From: Planctomycetaceae bacterium
GTDB taxonomy: Bacteria > Planctomycetota > Planctomycetia > Pirellulales > UBA1268
Assembly: GCA_947459185.1 (NCBI GenBank)
Contig: CANHCU010000004.1
Span: 1,673-65,672 of the forward strand
Length of the DNA: 64,000 nt
Reading direction: 5' to 3'
The notes below the pieces were generated by a model. That model saw only the letters and a list, made by a program, of their open reading frames with translations. It was not told the origin of the DNA and ran no database searches. The position numbers and the translations under genes are program-made. Shown piece after piece: positions 9,045-18,654 of this stretch (positions are counted from its first letter, which is position 1; each line of letters begins with the position of its first letter).

Positions 9045-10344
9045 GAAAAAAGCTTCCCTGAAAACGTCCGTGAAACCGTCTCCGAAATCGTCTCGATCGG
9101 CGGCCGGCAGTGTAAGGCCTGCAGCCGCACAATCGCACACACGAGCGAATGCCTCGGGGTCGACCACGGCGGCTGCGACGAAGCCCGACCTTGCGGCTGC
9201 CCGTCGCACCGTGCTCGATCTGCTCGCCATTCCCGGCGGATCGGGCAACGAGAAGGCCGTGGCCGACCAGATCGTGAAGCGGCTGCGGGAGGCGGGCTGC
9301 CCCGCCGATGCCATCTCCTTTGACTCAGCCCACACGAAGACGCCGATCAAGGGCAACGTGGGCAATCTGATCGTGAAACTGCCGGGCACCGTGCCGGGCC
9401 CGCGACGGCTGTTCATGGCCCACATGGACACGGTGCCGGTCTGTATCGGCACGAAGCCGGTGGTGGCTGGCCGCTTCGTGAAGAGCGGCAATCCGGCGAC
9501 GGGTCTCGGTGCCGATGACCGCGCCGGCTGCGCGGTCGTGCTCTCGACGGCGCTCGAGATCTTGAACCGCAAACTGCCCCATCCGCCGCTGACCTTCTTC
9601 TTCGCGATCCAGGAAGAGATCGGCCTCTATGGCGCGCGGTTCGCCAAGGCCGCCGACCTCGGCAAACCGAAGCTGGCCTTCAACTTCGATGGCGGTGCCG
9701 TCGAGAAGATCACGGTCGGCGCGACGGGCGGCTACCGCATGGACATCACCATCGAGGGGATTCCGAGCCACGCGGGCGTGGCCCCGGAGAAGGGCGTGTC
9801 GGCGATCGCGATCGCGTCGCTGGCCATCGCATCGCTCGTCGAGGACGGCTGGCACGGCCTCGTGATGAAAGATGGCAAGCGAGGCACGAGCAACGTGGGC
9901 GTGATCCAGGCCGGCTGTGCGACCAACGTGGTGGCCGAGTCGGCCATGCTGCGGGCCGAGGCGCGGAGCCACGACCCGGCGTTCCGCGGCAGGATCGTCA
10001 AGGCGATCGAGAAAGCCTTTGCGGATGCGGTCAAGAAGGTGCGCAGTGCCGAAGGCAAGACGGGCCGCGCGACATTCGATGGACATCTCGACTACGAAGC
10101 GTTTCGCCTGGCGGACGATGAGCCCTGCGTGGTGGCGGCACAGGAGGCCGTCCGCGGCCTCGGGCTTGTGCCCCGGCTCGACATTTCCAACGGCGGCCTT
10201 GATGCCAACTGGATGGCGGCCAATGGCATCCCCACGGTGACGCTCGGCTGCGGGCAGATGGAGATCCACACGACGAAGGAGCAGCTCGACCTCGACGCCT
10301 TCGAGGCCGCCTGCACCGCCGCCCTGCGGCTGGCCACCGCGTGA
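9043..10344 (+). CDS. M20-family metallopeptidase (PepT-like)
   Basis: LLAIPGGSGNEKAV, MAHMDTVPV, GLGADDRAGCAV, AIQEEIGLYGA. Start uncertain: ATG 9043 shares CATG with the divergent gene, and an internal GTG near 9205 (VLDLLAIPG) is also possible. Confidence 0.8.
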   Translation: MKKASLKTSVKPSPKSSRSAAGSVRPAAAQSHTRANASGSTTAAATKPDLAAARRTVLDLLAIPGGSGNEKAVADQIVKRLREAGCPADAISFDSAHTKTPIKGNVGNLIVKLPGTVPGPRRLFMAHMDTVPVCIGTKPVVAGRFVKSGNPATGLGADDRAGCAVVLSTALEILNRKLPHPPLTFFFAIQEEIGLYGARFAKAADLGKPKLAFNFDGGAVEKITVGATGGYRMDITIEGIPSHAGVAPEKGVSAIAIASLAIASLVEDGWHGLVMKDGKRGTSNVGVIQAGCATNVVAESAMLRAEARSHDPAFRGRIVKAIEKAFADAVKKVRSAEGKTGRATFDGHLDYEAFRLADDEPCVVAAQEAVRGLGLVPRLDISNGGLDANWMAANGIPTVTLGCGQMEIHTTKEQLDLDAFEAACTAALRLATA

Positions 10345-10422
10345 AGACCGGGCTGGCTGGACGACGGGCGGCGCGGCCGGTACCGTGAAATTTCCAAGGC
10401 CGGCCGAAACGGAGTTCATGAG

Positions 10423-11340
10423 ATGGTCACCAAACGCGATCCCCTTGCCATCGATGCGGTGCACCGGGGCGACTGCCTCGATCTGGTGGCGCGGGTGCCC
10501 ACGGGCAGCGTCCATCTGGCCTTCGCCGACCCGCCGTTCAACATCGGCTACGACTACGACGCCTACGACGATCGCCTGTCGGCCGACGCCTACCTCGACT
10601 GGTCCCGCAAATGGATGCGGGAGGTCGTCCGGGTGCTACGGCCCGACGGTACGTTCTGGCTGGCGATCGGCGACGAATACGCGGCCGAACTGAAGGTGAT
10701 CGCCACGCGGGAACTGGGGCTCACCTGCCGCAGTTGGGTGGTCTGGTATTACACGTTCGGCGTCAACTGCAAGCAGAAGTTCAGCCGCTCGCACGTCCAC
10801 CTGTTTCACTTCGTTCGCGATCCGTTGGCATTCACCTTCAATACAGACGCGATCCGCGTGCCCTCTGCCCGCGAACTCGTCTACGGTGACAAGCGGGCCA
10901 ATCCCACGGGCCGGCTCCCCGACGACACCTGGGTGCTGCGTCCCCAAGACCTGCCCGAGGGCTTCGGCGCGGCGGAAGATACCTGGTACTTCCCGCGGAT
11001 CTGCGGCACGTTCAAAGAGCGGTCGGGCTGGCATGGCTGCCAGATGCCGGAGCAGTTGCTGGGGCGGATCATCCGCGCGTCGAGCCGTGAAGGGGAGACC
11101 GTGATCGATCCGTTCGCTGGCAGCGGCACGACCCTGGCTGTGGCCAAGAAGCTGGGCCGTTCGTTCCTCGGCATGGAACTCTCGGAGGACTACGCCGACC
11201 GAGTCAACACGCGGCTCGCCGGTATCTCGGCAGGCGATCCCCTCGACGGCGCTGCTGAGCCGCTCAAGACGGCGCCCGCCACGAAGGACGGCCGCCGACT
11301 CGACGCCCGCGGCAAGAAACGCCCATCCCGAGCGAAGTAA
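10423..11340 (+). CDS. Beta-class N6-adenine/N4-cytosine DNA methyltransferase (N6_N4_Mtase family), orphan
   Basis: Motif [14 protein letters not shown] precedes motif [29 protein letters not shown]. Basic C-terminal tail. No nuclease-like neighbour. Confidence 0.85.
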   Translation: MVTKRDPLAIDAVHRGDCLDLVARVPTGSVHLAFADPPFNIGYDYDAYDDRLSADAYLDWSRKWMREVVRVLRPDGTFWLAIGDEYAAELKVIATRELGLTCRSWVVWYYTFGVNCKQKFSRSHVHLFHFVRDPLAFTFNTDAIRVPSARELVYGDKRANPTGRLPDDTWVLRPQDLPEGFGAAEDTWYFPRICGTFKERSGWHGCQMPEQLLGRIIRASSREGETVIDPFAGSGTTLAVAKKLGRSFLGMELSEDYADRVNTRLAGISAGDPLDGAAEPLKTAPATKDGRRLDARGKKRPSRAK

Positions 11341-11475
11341 ACGCGGCTGCCCGAATTCGGCTGGTGCTGCGCATGGCATCCTGCCACGCCGCCCGCCTTT
11401 GACCTTGTTTGAAACCGCCCCGCCCTGCTTCAATCCAGCTGCGGCGTTTCCCTTCTGCACACTCGAGAATCAGCG

Positions 11476-12327
11476 ATGAAATACGGCCTCAATCTCCTGC
11501 TTTGGACCGACCGCATGCACGACGGGATGGTGCCCGTCGTGGAGCGGATCAAGAAGCTCGGCTACGACGGCATCGAGATCCCGATCTTCGAACTCGACGA
11601 GTCCCTCTACAAGAGCTGGTCGAAGAAACTCGACGCCATTGGCTTGGAGCGGACGGCCGTCACGGTTCGCGGCCCCGGCGACAATCCGATCAGCCCGTCG
11701 TCGAGCGTCCGCGCGGCCGCCGTCGATGCCATGAAGAAGACGCTCGACTGCTGCCACGCCGCCGGCGTGAAGATGCTCGTCGGCCCCACCCATTCCGCCA
11801 TCGGCGAGTTCACCGGCAAGGGACCGACTCCGGATGAATTCAAGTGGGGCGTGGACACGATGCGGACGGTCGCAGAGCATGCCGCGCAGGCGGGCGTGAC
11901 CATCGCCACGGAATACCTCAACCGGTTCGAGAACTATTTCCTTACGAGCGTCGCCCAGACGGTCACCTTCGTGCAGGCGGTGGATCATCCGAACGTGCGG
12001 ATGATGTACGACACCTTCCATGCCAACATCGAGGAGAAGAACCTCGCGGCGGCGATCCAGGCGGCCGCCCCGTGGACGGTGCTCGTGCACATCTCCGAAA
12101 ACGACCGCAGCATCCCCGGCACCGGCCACGTGCACTGGGACGAAACCTTCGACGCCCTCCACACGGCGGGCTATGACGGCTGGATGGTGGTGGAGGCATT
12201 TGGCCTCGCGCTGCCCAACATCGTGGCGGCGACCAAGATCTGGCGGAAGATGTTCCCGTCCGAGGATCAACTTGCGACCGACTCCCTCGCCTTCATGAAG
12301 GCCAACGTCGCCAGGCGTTGGCGGTAG
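11476..12327 (+). CDS. Sugar phosphate isomerase/epimerase, xylose-isomerase-like TIM barrel (ketose 3-epimerase-like)
   Basis: MKYGLNLLLW..., GYDGIEIPIFE, VHISENDRSIPGTGHVHWDETFDALHTAGYDGWMVVEAF. Confidence 0.8.
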   Translation: MKYGLNLLLWTDRMHDGMVPVVERIKKLGYDGIEIPIFELDESLYKSWSKKLDAIGLERTAVTVRGPGDNPISPSSSVRAAAVDAMKKTLDCCHAAGVKMLVGPTHSAIGEFTGKGPTPDEFKWGVDTMRTVAEHAAQAGVTIATEYLNRFENYFLTSVAQTVTFVQAVDHPNVRMMYDTFHANIEEKNLAAAIQAAAPWTVLVHISENDRSIPGTGHVHWDETFDALHTAGYDGWMVVEAFGLALPNIVAATKIWRKMFPSEDQLATDSLAFMKANVARRWR

Positions 12328-13124
12328 CGACCGTGGCCAAGCGCAAGACACCATCGCCGAAACCGGAAGCCGATGCGCCGTCCCCGCCGCCTGCCGGCTT
12401 CCAGGCGGCACCGGCCGACGGCGGCCTTTCCATCGACAAGCTGGCCCAGGCTTTTGCCGCGATGATGGGCACCGGCGATCCGTATGCGCAGCCGTCCGAC
12501 GGCGAGGACGTCGTGAAGGTGGATGCGTCACCCGTGCTCGACGACGACGACGGCTTCGCGTCCTCGGAAGGCGACGCCAGCTTCCGCGTCTGTCCGGAGA
12601 GCATTCTGGAGGCCATTCTGTTCGTGGGCCTGCCAGGCGGCGAGGCGATCACCAGTCGCACGGTGGCTGGCCTGATGCGCGGCGTGCGGCCGCAGGAGAT
12701 CGACGAACTGGCTGCCGACATGCGGCGACGGTATCGGGCCGATAACTGCCCCTACGAAGTCGTGGCGAAGGACGCCGGCTGGGTGATGCGGCTGCGGCCG
12801 GAGTTTGCCAGGTTTGGCAGTGTGGTCGAGGCCCGTTCCCGCACGGTGCGGCTCGACGCCGAGGCTCTCGACGTGCTGGCGTTGGTGGCGTGGAACCAGC
12901 CCGTCAAGCGCAACCGGATCGTGGAACTGGGCTGCGACGCCCGGCCGACGGTATGGCGGCAACTGGTACAGCGCGGTCTCCTGGAAGTCGTCCACGACGA
13001 GGCCGCGCATGAGGGCCACGACACGCCCGCCGAGCCGTCGTATCGCACCACGCGGAAGTTTCTCGAAGTCTTCCGGCTGGAGAGCATCGACGACCTCCCC
13101 GAGCCGACCGAACCGCCAAAATAG
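12318..13124 (+). CDS. scpB: Segregation and condensation protein B
   Basis: ILEAILFVG, YEVVAKDAGWVMRLRPEF, LDAEALDVLALVAWNQPVKRNRIVELG. The TTG start at 12318 is uncertain (a Pro/Ala-rich N-terminus precedes the domain). Confidence 0.8.
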   Translation: MAVATVAKRKTPSPKPEADAPSPPPAGFQAAPADGGLSIDKLAQAFAAMMGTGDPYAQPSDGEDVVKVDASPVLDDDDGFASSEGDASFRVCPESILEAILFVGLPGGEAITSRTVAGLMRGVRPQEIDELAADMRRRYRADNCPYEVVAKDAGWVMRLRPEFARFGSVVEARSRTVRLDAEALDVLALVAWNQPVKRNRIVELGCDARPTVWRQLVQRGLLEVVHDEAAHEGHDTPAEPSYRTTRKFLEVFRLESIDDLPEPTEPPK

Positions 13125-13149
13125 AGGCGGCGAGTGACGCGTCACCCGC

Positions 13150-13240
13150 TTTTCCCTTGCTTGCGCTGCGGGCTTGGATGAGCACCGACCGAGGTGCCGC
13201 CCCGCTCCCATGCAAGCCCGAAGCGCAAGCGAGAGGAATC
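13150..13240. repeat. REP-like inverted pair of family-A units
   Basis: ttttcccttgcttgcgctgcgggcttggatg (13150-13180) and catgcaagcccgaagcgcaagcgagaggaatc (13209-13240) are reverse complements. Convergent scpB/cca gap. Confidence 0.85.
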
Positions 13241-13275
13241 CGCACCGCTTCAACAGGGGCACCACCTGGCGTTGC

Positions 13276-14550
13276 TCATTCGCTCTGCTGCGTTCTCACC
13301 CACTCCACCGCCGCGTCACGCGTCGCGATCCTGCCGTCGAGCTGCAGCGCCCGCAGGGCCGCGAGCGTCTGCCCCACCGCGCGGCCGGCCGGCACGCCGG
13401 CGCCGAGCAGGTCGTTGCCCGTCACGAGCGGCGGTGGATCGAGCTGCTCTCGCGGTAGCTGCAGCTTCGCAGTCACCCAACCGGCGGTGGCAGCGGAGCC
13501 GTGGCCGCAGGCGGCGCGGGCCCGCAGCAGATCGGCCAGCAGGAAGGCCGCATCGTGGGCAAGCCACGGCTGCAGCTGCGACCAGGGACACTGATCGAGG
13601 TCGCGTGCACTCAGGCCGTCCACAAAGGCGACAGCCTCGTGCAGCCAGCAGGCTGTCTTCAGATCGCGTGTGGAGAGCCGCAGCCGGGCCGCGATGTGGC
13701 GGGGCGACTCCGGTGGCAGCCTCGCCGTGAGGATGGCCAGCGCCGAGGCAAGTTCAGGCTCGTCGAGGGCCTCGATGATGCGGGCGGAGTCGTGCCAGGC
13801 TGCGCGTTCGCCGTCCGCGTCGTCCGCCGGCGCCACCTCGGGCAGCACCTCGCGGGCCAGGCCGGTCTGCGCCAGCAGTTCGAGCCCCCGCCGCCGGCCC
13901 GGCCGCGACACCAGCGTCCGCAGTTCCGCAGCGATCCGCTCGGGGCTCACGGTGGTCACCAGGTGCGCCATGCGAGCGATCGCCGCCTGCGTCTGCTCTT
14001 CGAGCGCAAAGCCAAACCCCGCCGCAAACCGTACCGCGCGGAGCATCCGCAGGTGATCCTCGCCGAACCGCATCGCCGCGTTGCCGATCGCCCGCACGAT
14101 CCCGGCGGTGAGATCGGCCCGGCCGCCGACATAGTCGTGCACCTCGCCTGAGATGGGATCGAGGAATAGCCCGTTGATCGTGAAGTCGCGCCGCACCGCA
14201 TCCTCGCGGGCGTTGGTGAACGTCACGCCGGCCGGATGACGGCCGTCGGTGTAGGCTGCGTCGCTGCGAAACGTCGCCACCTCCACCTGCCCGGCGCCGC
14301 GGGGACCGAGCACCGTGATGACGCCGAATGCCGCCCCCACGGCGAGGGTGCGGCGGTTGCCGAAAACCGCCCGCACCTGATCGGGATGGGCCGACGTCGC
14401 GACGTCGTAGTCGGCCGGTGTGCGGCCGAGCAGTTCATCGCGAACGCAGCCGCCAGCCCAGAGCGCCTCGTGGCCCGCCGACCGTAGCCGGCCGACCACG
14501 ACGAGGGCAAATTCACGTGCCGCGGCGGGATCGCAGGGGATGGCGGGCAT
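13276..14550 (-). CDS. cca: CCA-adding enzyme / poly(A) polymerase-family tRNA nucleotidyltransferase
   Basis: GHEALWAGGCVRDELLGRTPADYDVAT, VEVATFRSDAAYTDGRHP, RRDFTINGLF. Start taken at MPAIPCD (14550). Confidence 0.9.
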   Translation of the reverse strand: MPAIPCDPAAAREFALVVVGRLRSAGHEALWAGGCVRDELLGRTPADYDVATSAHPDQVRAVFGNRRTLAVGAAFGVITVLGPRGAGQVEVATFRSDAAYTDGRHPAGVTFTNAREDAVRRDFTINGLFLDPISGEVHDYVGGRADLTAGIVRAIGNAAMRFGEDHLRMLRAVRFAAGFGFALEEQTQAAIARMAHLVTTVSPERIAAELRTLVSRPGRRRGLELLAQTGLAREVLPEVAPADDADGERAAWHDSARIIEALDEPELASALAILTARLPPESPRHIAARLRLSTRDLKTACWLHEAVAFVDGLSARDLDQCPWSQLQPWLAHDAAFLLADLLRARAACGHGSAATAGWVTAKLQLPREQLDPPPLVTGNDLLGAGVPAGRAVGQTLAALRALQLDGRIATRDAAVEWVRTQQSE

Positions 14551-14762
14551 GGCGGCGGAGGCTCGAGGGGATGACGCGGACGTCGATGGTAACGGATGAC
14601 CGCGGCCCAGGCGTCGGGCAGCACATCCGGATTTCCAGGCAATCGCACCAGAGGGTATGATCGCTGAGCCAGGCGAGGTGTCCCACCGCCAGCTCGTTTC
14701 ACTCTTTCGCCCCGCGTCGACGGGTGTTCGCCCGCCCCCCCCACACTCTGGAGTGCCCAAGC

Positions 14763-16082
14763 ATGTCCGCTTCCCGCGAGCCTTCTGCCTCGAGCCATCT
14801 GTCCCGTCGTGATGCCCTGAAGGCTGCCGGTATCGCCGGCGCCGCGCTGACCGGAGTGCAGGCCAGCATGCGTGCCGTGCACGCCCAGTCGCCCTCAGCA
14901 GACGTCATCCGCGTCGGACTCATCGGGGCCGGTGGCCGCGGCACCGGTGCTCTCCAGCAGGCGCTCTCCGTGCCCGGCTCGAACGTGAAGGTGACCGCGA
15001 TCGCCGACGCCTTCGACGATCGCATCAAGGGCGCCCTCAAGGCTGTCGAGTCGATGAAAGACAAGGTCGAAGTGCCCGAGGACAGGCAGTTCAAGGGGCT
15101 CGACGGCTACAAGCAGGTGCTCGAGCACTGCGACCTGGTCATCCTCGCTACGCCGCCGGGCTTTCGTCCCTTCCACTTCGAAGAGGCGATCAAAGCGGGC
15201 AAGCACGTCTTCATGGAGAAGCCTGTCTGCGTCGATGCGTTCGGCGCGAACATCTGCCTGCAGGCCGCGAAGCTCGCCGACGAGAAGAAGCTCAAGGTCG
15301 TGGTCGGCCTGCAGCGTCATTACGACGACAAGTATCGACAGACACTGGCCCGCGTGCGTGAGGGACTGGCGGGCGACATCATCGGCGGGCAGGTCTACTG
15401 GAACGGCGGCGGCATCTGGTATCGCCCCCGCAAGCCGGAGATGACCGAGATGGAGTTTCAGGTCAACAACTGGTACCACTTCAACTGGCTCTGCGGCGAC
15501 CACATCTGCGAGCAGCACGTTCACAACATCGACATCGCCAACTGGTTCCTCGACAAGCTTCCCGAAACGGCCTACGGCGTGGGCGGCAAGCAGAATCGCG
15601 TGGCGAATCAGCCCAGCGAGATCTACGACCATCACGCGGTCAACTTCACCTACCCGGGGGGCGTGCGGATCGCCAGCCAGTGCCGTCAGTTCCCCGGCGG
15701 CGACGGCCGCGTGAACGAGGAGTTCCAGGGCACGAAGGGCTACGTGAAGATCGGCGAGATCACCGACCACGCGGGCAAGGTGCTCTGGAAGTACGACGGC
15801 AAGGCTGCGAACCCCTACCAGGTCGAGCACGACGAACTGCAGGACGCGATCCGCAACGACAAGCCGCTCAACAACGCCTACTACGGCACGACGTCGAGCT
15901 TCTCGTCCGTGCTCGGCAGGACGGCCACCTACACGGGCAAGCAGGTCAGCTACAGCGACCTGCTGAAGAGCAACTTCCGCACGATGCCGGAGAAGCTGTC
16001 GTGGGACGCCCAACCGCCGGTCATGCCCGACAAGGACGGCAACTACCCGATCCCGATGCCGGCCAGCTACAAGATCGCCTGA
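14763..16082 (+). CDS. Gfo/Idh/MocA-family oxidoreductase with twin-arginine signal
   Basis: TAT-type N-terminus SRRDALKAAGIAGAALTG. Rossmann IRVGLIGAGGRGTGA. HVFMEKP motif. Confidence 0.85.
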   Translation: MSASREPSASSHLSRRDALKAAGIAGAALTGVQASMRAVHAQSPSADVIRVGLIGAGGRGTGALQQALSVPGSNVKVTAIADAFDDRIKGALKAVESMKDKVEVPEDRQFKGLDGYKQVLEHCDLVILATPPGFRPFHFEEAIKAGKHVFMEKPVCVDAFGANICLQAAKLADEKKLKVVVGLQRHYDDKYRQTLARVREGLAGDIIGGQVYWNGGGIWYRPRKPEMTEMEFQVNNWYHFNWLCGDHICEQHVHNIDIANWFLDKLPETAYGVGGKQNRVANQPSEIYDHHAVNFTYPGGVRIASQCRQFPGGDGRVNEEFQGTKGYVKIGEITDHAGKVLWKYDGKAANPYQVEHDELQDAIRNDKPLNNAYYGTTSSFSSVLGRTATYTGKQVSYSDLLKSNFRTMPEKLSWDAQPPVMPDKDGNYPIPMPASYKIA

Positions 16083-16351
16083 CGAAAAGGATTGTGGCTT
16101 ACCCCAGAGCACCCCCCATTCGTCGCGTGATCGGTTCATACAACGCCTCCCTGCCTTCGGGAGGCAAACAAGCTCCCGATGCTGAGGAGCCGGTCGGAGG
16201 CACGCGCAGGAGCCGGTGAATTCTGCGACTCACGGGCGATCCGCCATCGTCCAAGAGCCTCCCGTAGCAGAATCCGCCGGCGACGAGCATGCCGCAGCCG
16301 GCGAACCAACCCGCGCGTCTTCAACCCCTCCACCCCCAACCCGAGGCCCGC

Positions 16352-17485
16352 ATGATCGTCGGCATCCCGAAGGAAACGAAGAAGGACGAGTATCGGGTGT
16401 CGATGCTCCCGGTGGGCGTGGAGGAACTGGTGCGTGCCGGCCATCGCGTGCTCGTGCAGCGGTCGGCCGGTGCCGGTTCGGGCCTCGCCGACGAGGCCTA
16501 TGCGACGTGCGGCGCGGAACTCGTTGACACAGCCGAGGAGGTGTTTGGCCGGGCTGACATGATCGTGAAGGTGAAGGAGCCTCAGCCCCCGGAGTTGAAG
16601 CTCATCCGTCCGGGCCAGACGGTGTTCACCTATTTTCACTTTGCCGCCGATCGCGGACTCACGGAGGGTTTTCTCGCCACCGGCGCCACCGCCGTGGCCT
16701 ATGAAACACTCCGCGACGACCGCGGCCGGCTGCCGCTGCTGATTCCGATGAGCGAGGTGGCGGGACGGATGAGCATCCAGGAGGGGGCGAAGTATCTGGA
16801 GAAGCCGCAGATGGGCCGCGGCATCCTCCTGGGTGGCGTGCCGGGCGTGGCGCCCGCCCACGTGACGGTGCTCGGGGCGGGCAGCGTCGGGGCCAATGCC
16901 GCCAAGGTTGCTGCGGGCTTTGGCGCGAACGTCGGCCTGCTCGACACCAACCTCGAACGGCTGCGGTATCTCGACGATGTGACGCCACCAAACATCGACT
17001 GCCTCTATTCCGACCGCCACACGATCCGCGAGCAGATCGCCCGCGCCGACCTCGTGATCGGCAGCGTGCTGATTCCGGGCGCGAGGGCGCCCCACCTGGT
17101 CGAGCGCGACGACCTCAAACTCATGAAGCCGGGGGCCGTGATCATCGACGTGGCGATCGATCAGGGGGGCTGCGTGGCCACCAGCCGGCCGACCACGCAT
17201 GCCAACCCGACCTTCGTGGTGGACGACGTCGTGCACTACTGCGTGACCAACATGCCCGGCGCCGTGGGCCGCACGAGCACCTATGCCCTCTGCAACGCCA
17301 CGCTTCCCTACGTCTTGCACTTGGCGGCAGAGGGCGTGGAGAAGGCAGCGGCCGGCAGCACCGCGATCCTCTCGGCAGTGAACGTCTATCGGGGCCATCT
17401 GGTCTATCGCGCCGTGGCCGATGCCTTCGGCCTGCCCTGCGAGCCAATGCACTTCGCGAAGGAAGGGAAAATCTCCCCATCATGA
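16352..17485 (+). CDS. ald: Alanine dehydrogenase
   Basis: MIVGIPKETKKDEYRVSMLPVGV, VTVLGAGSVGANAA, length ~377 aa. Confidence 0.9.
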   Translation: MIVGIPKETKKDEYRVSMLPVGVEELVRAGHRVLVQRSAGAGSGLADEAYATCGAELVDTAEEVFGRADMIVKVKEPQPPELKLIRPGQTVFTYFHFAADRGLTEGFLATGATAVAYETLRDDRGRLPLLIPMSEVAGRMSIQEGAKYLEKPQMGRGILLGGVPGVAPAHVTVLGAGSVGANAAKVAAGFGANVGLLDTNLERLRYLDDVTPPNIDCLYSDRHTIREQIARADLVIGSVLIPGARAPHLVERDDLKLMKPGAVIIDVAIDQGGCVATSRPTTHANPTFVVDDVVHYCVTNMPGAVGRTSTYALCNATLPYVLHLAAEGVEKAAAGSTAILSAVNVYRGHLVYRAVADAFGLPCEPMHFAKEGKISPS

Positions 17486-18573
17486 TTCCCGCATCTCTTC
17501 GATGGCATGGCAACGCGGCAGGCCATCCCGACGCCGGCCACCTCGAACTCATCGACCAGACGCTGCTGCCCACGCGGCACGAGTGGATCCCCTGCCGCGA
17601 TGTCGCCACGCTCGTGGAGGCGATCAAAATGCTGCGGGTCCGCGGCGCTCCCGCGATAGGCATCGCCGGCGCTTATGGCCTGGCCGTGGCGGCGGGCGAG
17701 GCCGTTCGTGATGGGCTGTCTCCGGAGGCGGCGCGGGCCCATCTGCTGGCCCGGGCCGAACTGCTCGCCTGTGCCCGGCCGACCGCGGTCAACCTGCGCT
17801 GGGCTGTGGAGCGGGTGGTCGACGTTGTGGCCAGCCTGCCTGAAAACACCTCAGCTGCGGCACTCGCCGCGGCGGCTCTGGCCGAGGCCAGAAGCATCCA
17901 CGAAGAGGATCGGCGGCTGTGCGCGGCCATCGGTCGGCACGGCGCGGCCATTCTGCCCGAGGGCGGCGTGCTCACGCACTGCAACACAGGGTCGCTCGCC
18001 ACGGGCGGCGATGGCACGGCACTTGCGGTGATCACGACGGCCTGGGAGCAGGGACGGCGGTTCGACGTGTTTGCCGACGAGACCCGCCCACTCTTTCAGG
18101 GCGCCCGGCTGACAGCCTGGGAGCTGGTGGAGCGCGGCATACCCGTGACCGTGCTCGTCGATTCGGCGGCGGCCCAACTGCTTCGAACCGGCCGGGTGGG
18201 GGCCTGCATCGTCGGTGCCGACCGGATCACGGCCAACGGCGACACCGCCAACAAGATCGGCACCTACGGGCTGGCCGTGCTCGCCGAGGCCCACGGGGTG
18301 CCATTCTTCGTGGCTGCCCCGTCGAGCACGTTCGACCTGTCGCTGGAAACAGGTGTCGATATCCCGATCGAGGAGCGGGCCGCCGCCGAGGTGCTGCGGC
18401 CACTGGGCGTGCAGGCAGCGCCCGAACACGCCCGAGCCTACAATCCTGCCTTCGACGTCACGCCCGCTCGACTGATCACCGCGATCATCACCGAGCACGG
18501 CGTCATCCAGCCCGTCACCCGCGACCACGTCCTAAAAATGGTGCCAGCCACCAAATCTCGGTCGGCGAGGTAA
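17482..18573 (+). CDS. mtnA: S-methyl-5-thioribose-1-phosphate isomerase
   Basis: LELIDQTLLP, LRVRGAPAIGIAGAYGL, GADRITANGDTANKIGTY. ATGA overlap with ald. The last ~9 codons lie in a dispersed repeat. Confidence 0.9.
   Translation: MIPASLRWHGNAAGHPDAGHLELIDQTLLPTRHEWIPCRDVATLVEAIKMLRVRGAPAIGIAGAYGLAVAAGEAVRDGLSPEAARAHLLARAELLACARPTAVNLRWAVERVVDVVASLPENTSAAALAAAALAEARSIHEEDRRLCAAIGRHGAAILPEGGVLTHCNTGSLATGGDGTALAVITTAWEQGRRFDVFADETRPLFQGARLTAWELVERGIPVTVLVDSAAAQLLRTGRVGACIVGADRITANGDTANKIGTYGLAVLAEAHGVPFFVAAPSSTFDLSLETGVDIPIEERAAAEVLRPLGVQAAPEHARAYNPAFDVTPARLITAIITEHGVIQPVTRDHVLKMVPATKSRSAR
18536..18558 (+). repeat. Solo copy of 23-mer aaatggtgccagccaccaaatct, shared with 39222-39244
   Basis: Exact 23-nt match read directly. 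Here it forms the last codons of mtnA. Confidence 0.85.
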
Positions 18574-18654
18574 GCTGGGACGGTTTGGCGTGCTGATCAC
18601 GCCCGCCGATCGGGTGAGACCGGTCACTGCCCCCCACACGCCCGAGATGTACCC

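Noticed and set aside
16136-17452. Long antisense ORFs opposite well-supported genes. Examples: 16136..17452 (-) versus ald, 18532..20127 (-) versus der, 23103..24581 (+) versus rpsA, 29948..31807 (+) versus the KAP-like gene, 53454..55013 (-) and 53948..55183 (+), 56214..57347 (+), and 60885..62291 (+) versus gltD.
   Set aside because: High GC suppresses stop codons in non-coding frames. These translations are Arg/Ala/Gly/Pro-rich with no recognisable motifs, while the opposite strand carries unambiguous family signatures.
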